From positions 9,858,001 to 9,922,000 of the forward strand of contig NC_043018.1 of the NCBI RefSeq assembly GCF_006345805.1: a stretch of DNA of 64,000 bases. Reading direction: 5' to 3'. The DNA comes from Octopus sinensis (taxonomy: Eukaryota). Shown piece by piece: positions 59,823 through 64,000 of this stretch (the stretch's first letter is position 1; each line of letters starts with the position of its first letter). Position numbers and translations under genes: made by a program. The notes below the pieces were generated by a model. That model had not been told where the DNA came from. It saw only the letters and a program-made list of their open reading frames with translations, and made no database searches.

Positions 59823-59828
<6 letters not shown>
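59449..59828. repeat. Foldback inverted repeat, ~150-bp arms, ~75-bp spacer, between (TA)n tracts
   Basis: 59449-59603 vs 59678-59828 are near-identical reverse complements. Confidence 0.9.
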
Positions 59829-59890
<62 letters not shown>

Positions 59891-62045
59891 TTCATAGACT
59901 GACAGCTTATCTAAGAGAGAGAGAGAGAGATTAAAGAAAAGAAAATTCTTAAAGTATATTTGGTGAGCTGTTAAAAACAGATTAGTGTACAGTAATTTGT
60001 ATTAGTAAACAGATTGAATCGTGGCATCACTGGAACTAGAATTGGTAGAATTACAGAATGTAGAGATTTGTCAGAATCAGTTCAGCCTTAAATTGAATAT
60101 TAACCATCTGTTTTAGCAAATCTGTCTGCTTTGTTGCTTCAATAGATCTTGAAATCAGAAAATAGGAAATGCTCACATTGCCATTGTGATTGGTTTGGTT
60201 AAAGACGAACAATAAGTATTTTATAAGAGGTATTTTCTCCATTAACAATGACAAGATAAGATCAAAGGAAATGGTGGACAGAAGGAGAAGGAAAAAAGAA
60301 AGGAAGAAGAAAAAAAAAGCTTGTATTAATAGAATTCTTTGCAGGTTGAAGGAAGCTGTTGAGAAAACTGGTCATCCATTGTAAAGGGTAAAATATGATT
60401 TGACGCAGGCGCTATATGATCTTTTCAGAATTGGTAGGGGAAAAAAAAGAAAAAGAAAAAATTCCCCTCAAGAAATTGATTCTGTAATTGGAGTAAATAT
60501 GTTGCGGCAGTGATTCCAACAACCCACACACATTTACAGATTTATATTTAGATGTTCAAATGAAGAAAGAAAAATATTCAATACACTTGTAGTAGAGTTT
60601 ATTAGTTCCCGACAGGGGTCCAAATGGCCCTTGGATGGGTCAGTGTAAGATTTTTTTTGTCAAAATTTATCAGCAATAAATTGGTTAAACTTCTACAAAT
60701 TTATTTATTTTTTTTATAGAATTCCCAATAATATTTAATTATAAAAATATGGTTCCAGGTTCAGTCCCAATGCATGGCACCTTGAGGTTGACCAAAGCAT
60801 TGTGAATGGGTTTGGTAGACAGAAACTGAAAGAATCCCGTTGTGAGTGTATGTATATATATATACTGGTAAGCTGGGGAGCTGCACCAGGGTCCAGTCTG
60901 ATTTGGCATGGTTTCTATGGTTGGATGCCCTTCCTAACACCAACCACTCCAAGAGTGTAGTAGGGGATTTTTATGTGCCACTGGTACAGGTGCTAGTTAT
61001 GTAGCATCAGTATCGACCACGACCACGATCTCACTTGGCTTGACAGCTCTTCTCAAGTATGGTATATCACCAAAGGTCTTGGTCACTTGTCACTGCCTCC
61101 ATGAAGCCCAATGTTTGAAGGCTGCCTTTTTATGTGCCTCTAGCATTGGTGCCAATTGTGCAACATGGCATTGGCCACCCTTTAAACAAGTACCTGCCAA
61201 ATATGTACCCAGTGGAAAGGTACCTATCAACATATATCTGTTGTTATCTAAATGTCAAGAACTTACCTGGCAAATACCCTATTTTGCAGCTTTGGAGACA
61301 CAGTTCTTTACGAAGAAAAAATACTTTGAAAATTACCCTGCATCTTCCTTGATACTGGTTGAGAATCTCTTGCTGTGGGCTTCTGAAATTAATGGCGTGG
61401 TTGGTGGCAGTTGTAGGTGGGTGCCAGTAGCTGGCTGGCAGTCAAGCATTGACAGGTGTGGTATGATGACCAGGGCATGTCACATGAATAATTGCAGGAA
61501 TGTTAAAACAAAAAAGCATAACAGAGTACTACAATAATAGTTGGAAGCAAATCAGTCAGTTGACGGCCATTGTCTGGTGATCTTGTTCCATGATGGACAT
61601 GAGCATTCTACTAACAAGACCTCTGATACAAATTTAATTTATGTTAATTATATGTGCGAATAAATTTGTATGAATGAAGAGTGTTGGTCACAGGAGGAGG
61701 AGATCTCATGATACAAGATGTATATATACATGTGTGTATATATGTGTGCACACACATCCATCAATATATATATATATATATATCTATATATATATAAAAT
61801 ATTATTCGAGACAAAACCACTATTTTGCAAAACAAACAAGGAAAGACTTAATCAATACATAAATTTTAATAAATAGTCAAAAAAACCGCCACTACAATCG
61901 TTTCTTGTCTTGATCGACATATATTTATTATATATATATATATATATATATATAGGGAGAGTTTACGAAAAAAAACAAAAGACGAAGACAGGTGGTGTAC
62001 AAAACAAACAGATGTATTAGTATAAGGCTCAGGAATAGAAAAAGT

Positions 62046-62081
62046 CTTTTACGTTTCGAGCCTACGCTCTTCCACAGAAAG
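62046..62081 (-). ncRNA. Minimal type I hammerhead-like ribozyme, U6 core variant
   Basis: CUUU CUGUGGA A GAGC guag GCUC GAA ACGU A AAAG; 4-bp stem I, 4-bp stem II, palindromic ACGU stem III, GUA site. Confidence 0.65.
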
Positions 62082-62479
62082 GGACACAGAAAAGAAACAA
62101 GGAGAGAAAAAAATGTGTGTAGTGGCTAACAATCTATCATGGCAACACACACACACGCCTATCAATCTATATATATATACACACCTATATCTTTTACTCT
62201 TCATATAAATACACACACACACACGTGTGTGTATCTGCATTCTAGACTGTTCAATGGTGCTAACCAGCACAAGCAACTTAAAGAAGATAGAAATCTTACT
62301 ATAGAACAGACGCACACAAATGTGTGCCTACCAGGCACTGCCCACTGAAGTGGATGGGGCTTTGTTAACTACAAAAATGGTTTGCTTTTTTGTCTTAGAA
62401 TTACACTTCCAAAACCAAAGCGTGTCTTCCATGGTATTTGTTTCTCTAAATTTTAACCCTTGCGTCAGGAAACAATAAT

Positions 62480-63788
62480 AATTACAACAATAATCCTTTC
62501 TACTATAGGCATAAGGCATGAATTTTTTGTGGGGCAGGGGAGTTGATTATAATGACACAGGTGCTCAATTAGTATTTATTTTATCGACCCCAAAAGAGCA
62601 AAAAGGCAAAGTTGACCTCAGCAGTTTTTGAATTCAGAACAAAAAGACATGAAATGCTGTGGAGAATGTTGTCCGGCATGCTAACAGTTCTGTGAGTTTG
62701 CTGCCTTAAGAAAAGGCTCTGAGCTGGAAGAATCCTTAGAATGTCAGAAGAACGCCACGTATCAGTTCTTTCTGAGTTCAAACTCCACCAAGGTTGACTT
62801 TGCCTTTCATCCTTCCGGGGTCGATTAAATAAATACCAGTGAAATACTGAGGGTTGATGTAATTGACTTAAGGCCTTCCTCAAAATTGCTGGACATGTGC
62901 AAAAATTTGAAACCATTATTATTATTTAAAGGTGACGAGCTGGCAGAATCGTTAGCATGTTGGGTGAAATACCTGGTGGTATTTCATCTGTCGCTACATT
63001 CTGAGTTCCTATTCCATCAAGGTTGACTGCCTTTCATCCTTTCAGGGTTGATTAAAAAAAGTACCAGTTGAAAACTGGGGTAATCAACTCATCTCCTCCC
63101 CCAAAATTGCTACCCTTGTGGCAAAATTTCAAACCATTATCATTATTATTAATAAGGTGGCGAACTGGCAGAGACATTAGCGGTATTTCGTCTGTCTTTA
63201 TGCTCCGAGTTCAAATTCTGCCGAGGTTGACTTTGCCTTTCATCCTTTCAGGGTCAATAAATTAAGTACCAGTTGTGTACTGGGGTCGATCTAATCGACT
63301 GTCCCACAAATCCCCAAAAATTTCAGGCCTTGTGCCTAGAGCAGAAAAGATTGTTATTATTGAGGAATTGTTACTGTGTTGAGAAAATGCTTAGCAGTAT
63401 TTCTTCCTCCATGTTTTGAGTTCAAATTCTGCTAAGGCTGACTTTGCCTTTCATCCTTTTGAGGTCGATATATACCAGCCAAGCACTGGGGGTTGATATA
63501 ATTGACTCTCCTCCTCCTCTCCTGCAAATTCCAGGCCTTGTGCCCACAGCAGAAAGGGCCGCCACCATTATTATTCAGAGGGTGAACTGGCAGAACCATT
63601 AGCACACGAAAGACGTAGTAGCATTGCACCAGTCTTTACATTCTGAGATCAAATTCTGCTGAGGTCGACCTATCCTTTCAGGGTTGACAAAAAGAGTACC
63701 AGTCAAGCACAGGGGTTGATGTAGTCGACTGGGCCTCCTCCCCACAAAATTCAGGCCTTGTGCCTACAGCTGGAAGGATTATTATTTA
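62480..63788. repeat. Cluster of six family-1 SINEs: one minus copy head-to-head with five plus copies head-to-tail
   Basis: Plus units start at ~62713, 62928, 63152, 63363, 63576, separated by (ATT)n tails. Confidence 0.85.
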
Positions 63789-63814
63789 ATTGACGAATGG
63801 CTGTCCATGTATTA

Positions 63815-64000
63815 TTTGTGTGTGTGTGTGTGTGTGTATTTATACATACACACACATATACACAAACATATATACACATACATATACACACATCTATATA
63901 CACACACACACACACATCTATACATACACACACCTATACATACAGCTATACAGACACATACATACACACATTTATACATACCCACATTCACATACATATA
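63815..64000. repeat. (TG)n then complex (CA/TA)n microsatellite
   Basis: Direct inspection. Confidence 0.95.

Overview
AT-rich, repeat-dense animal genomic DNA. The SINE/LINE complement and (TA)n/(CA)n density suggest a coleoid cephalopod, probably Octopus (inference, no search run). The first ~27 kb carry the 3' end of a + strand spectraplakin gene (MACF1/dystonin/Shot family). Twelve GT-AG exons (2186-27351) join in frame to 602 codons plus stop: last spectrin repeats, EF-hand pair, GAR/GAS2 domain and a basic S/T/P-rich tail. The rest is transposon-derived. It includes a young 5'-truncated RTE-clade LINE (open RT ORF, C4HC3 PHD finger, and a 9-unit double-hairpin array in its 3' UTR), many decayed RTE and CR1/Jockey-like pieces, nested DD37D mariner-type elements, MITEs, and three tRNA-derived SINE families. 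The most unusual signal is a set of minimal type I hammerhead-ribozyme-like folds in short foldback/palindromic elements resembling Penelope-like terminal repeats. Each family has a different non-canonical core: G3/C8 swap (12094-12144, 43127-43177), U6 (52313, 53143, 62046), C4 (two divergent copies forming a perfect 174-bp palindrome, 52533-52706), and a weaker U3/A8 candidate (24819-24857). Folds were derived by hand and ribozyme activity is untested.
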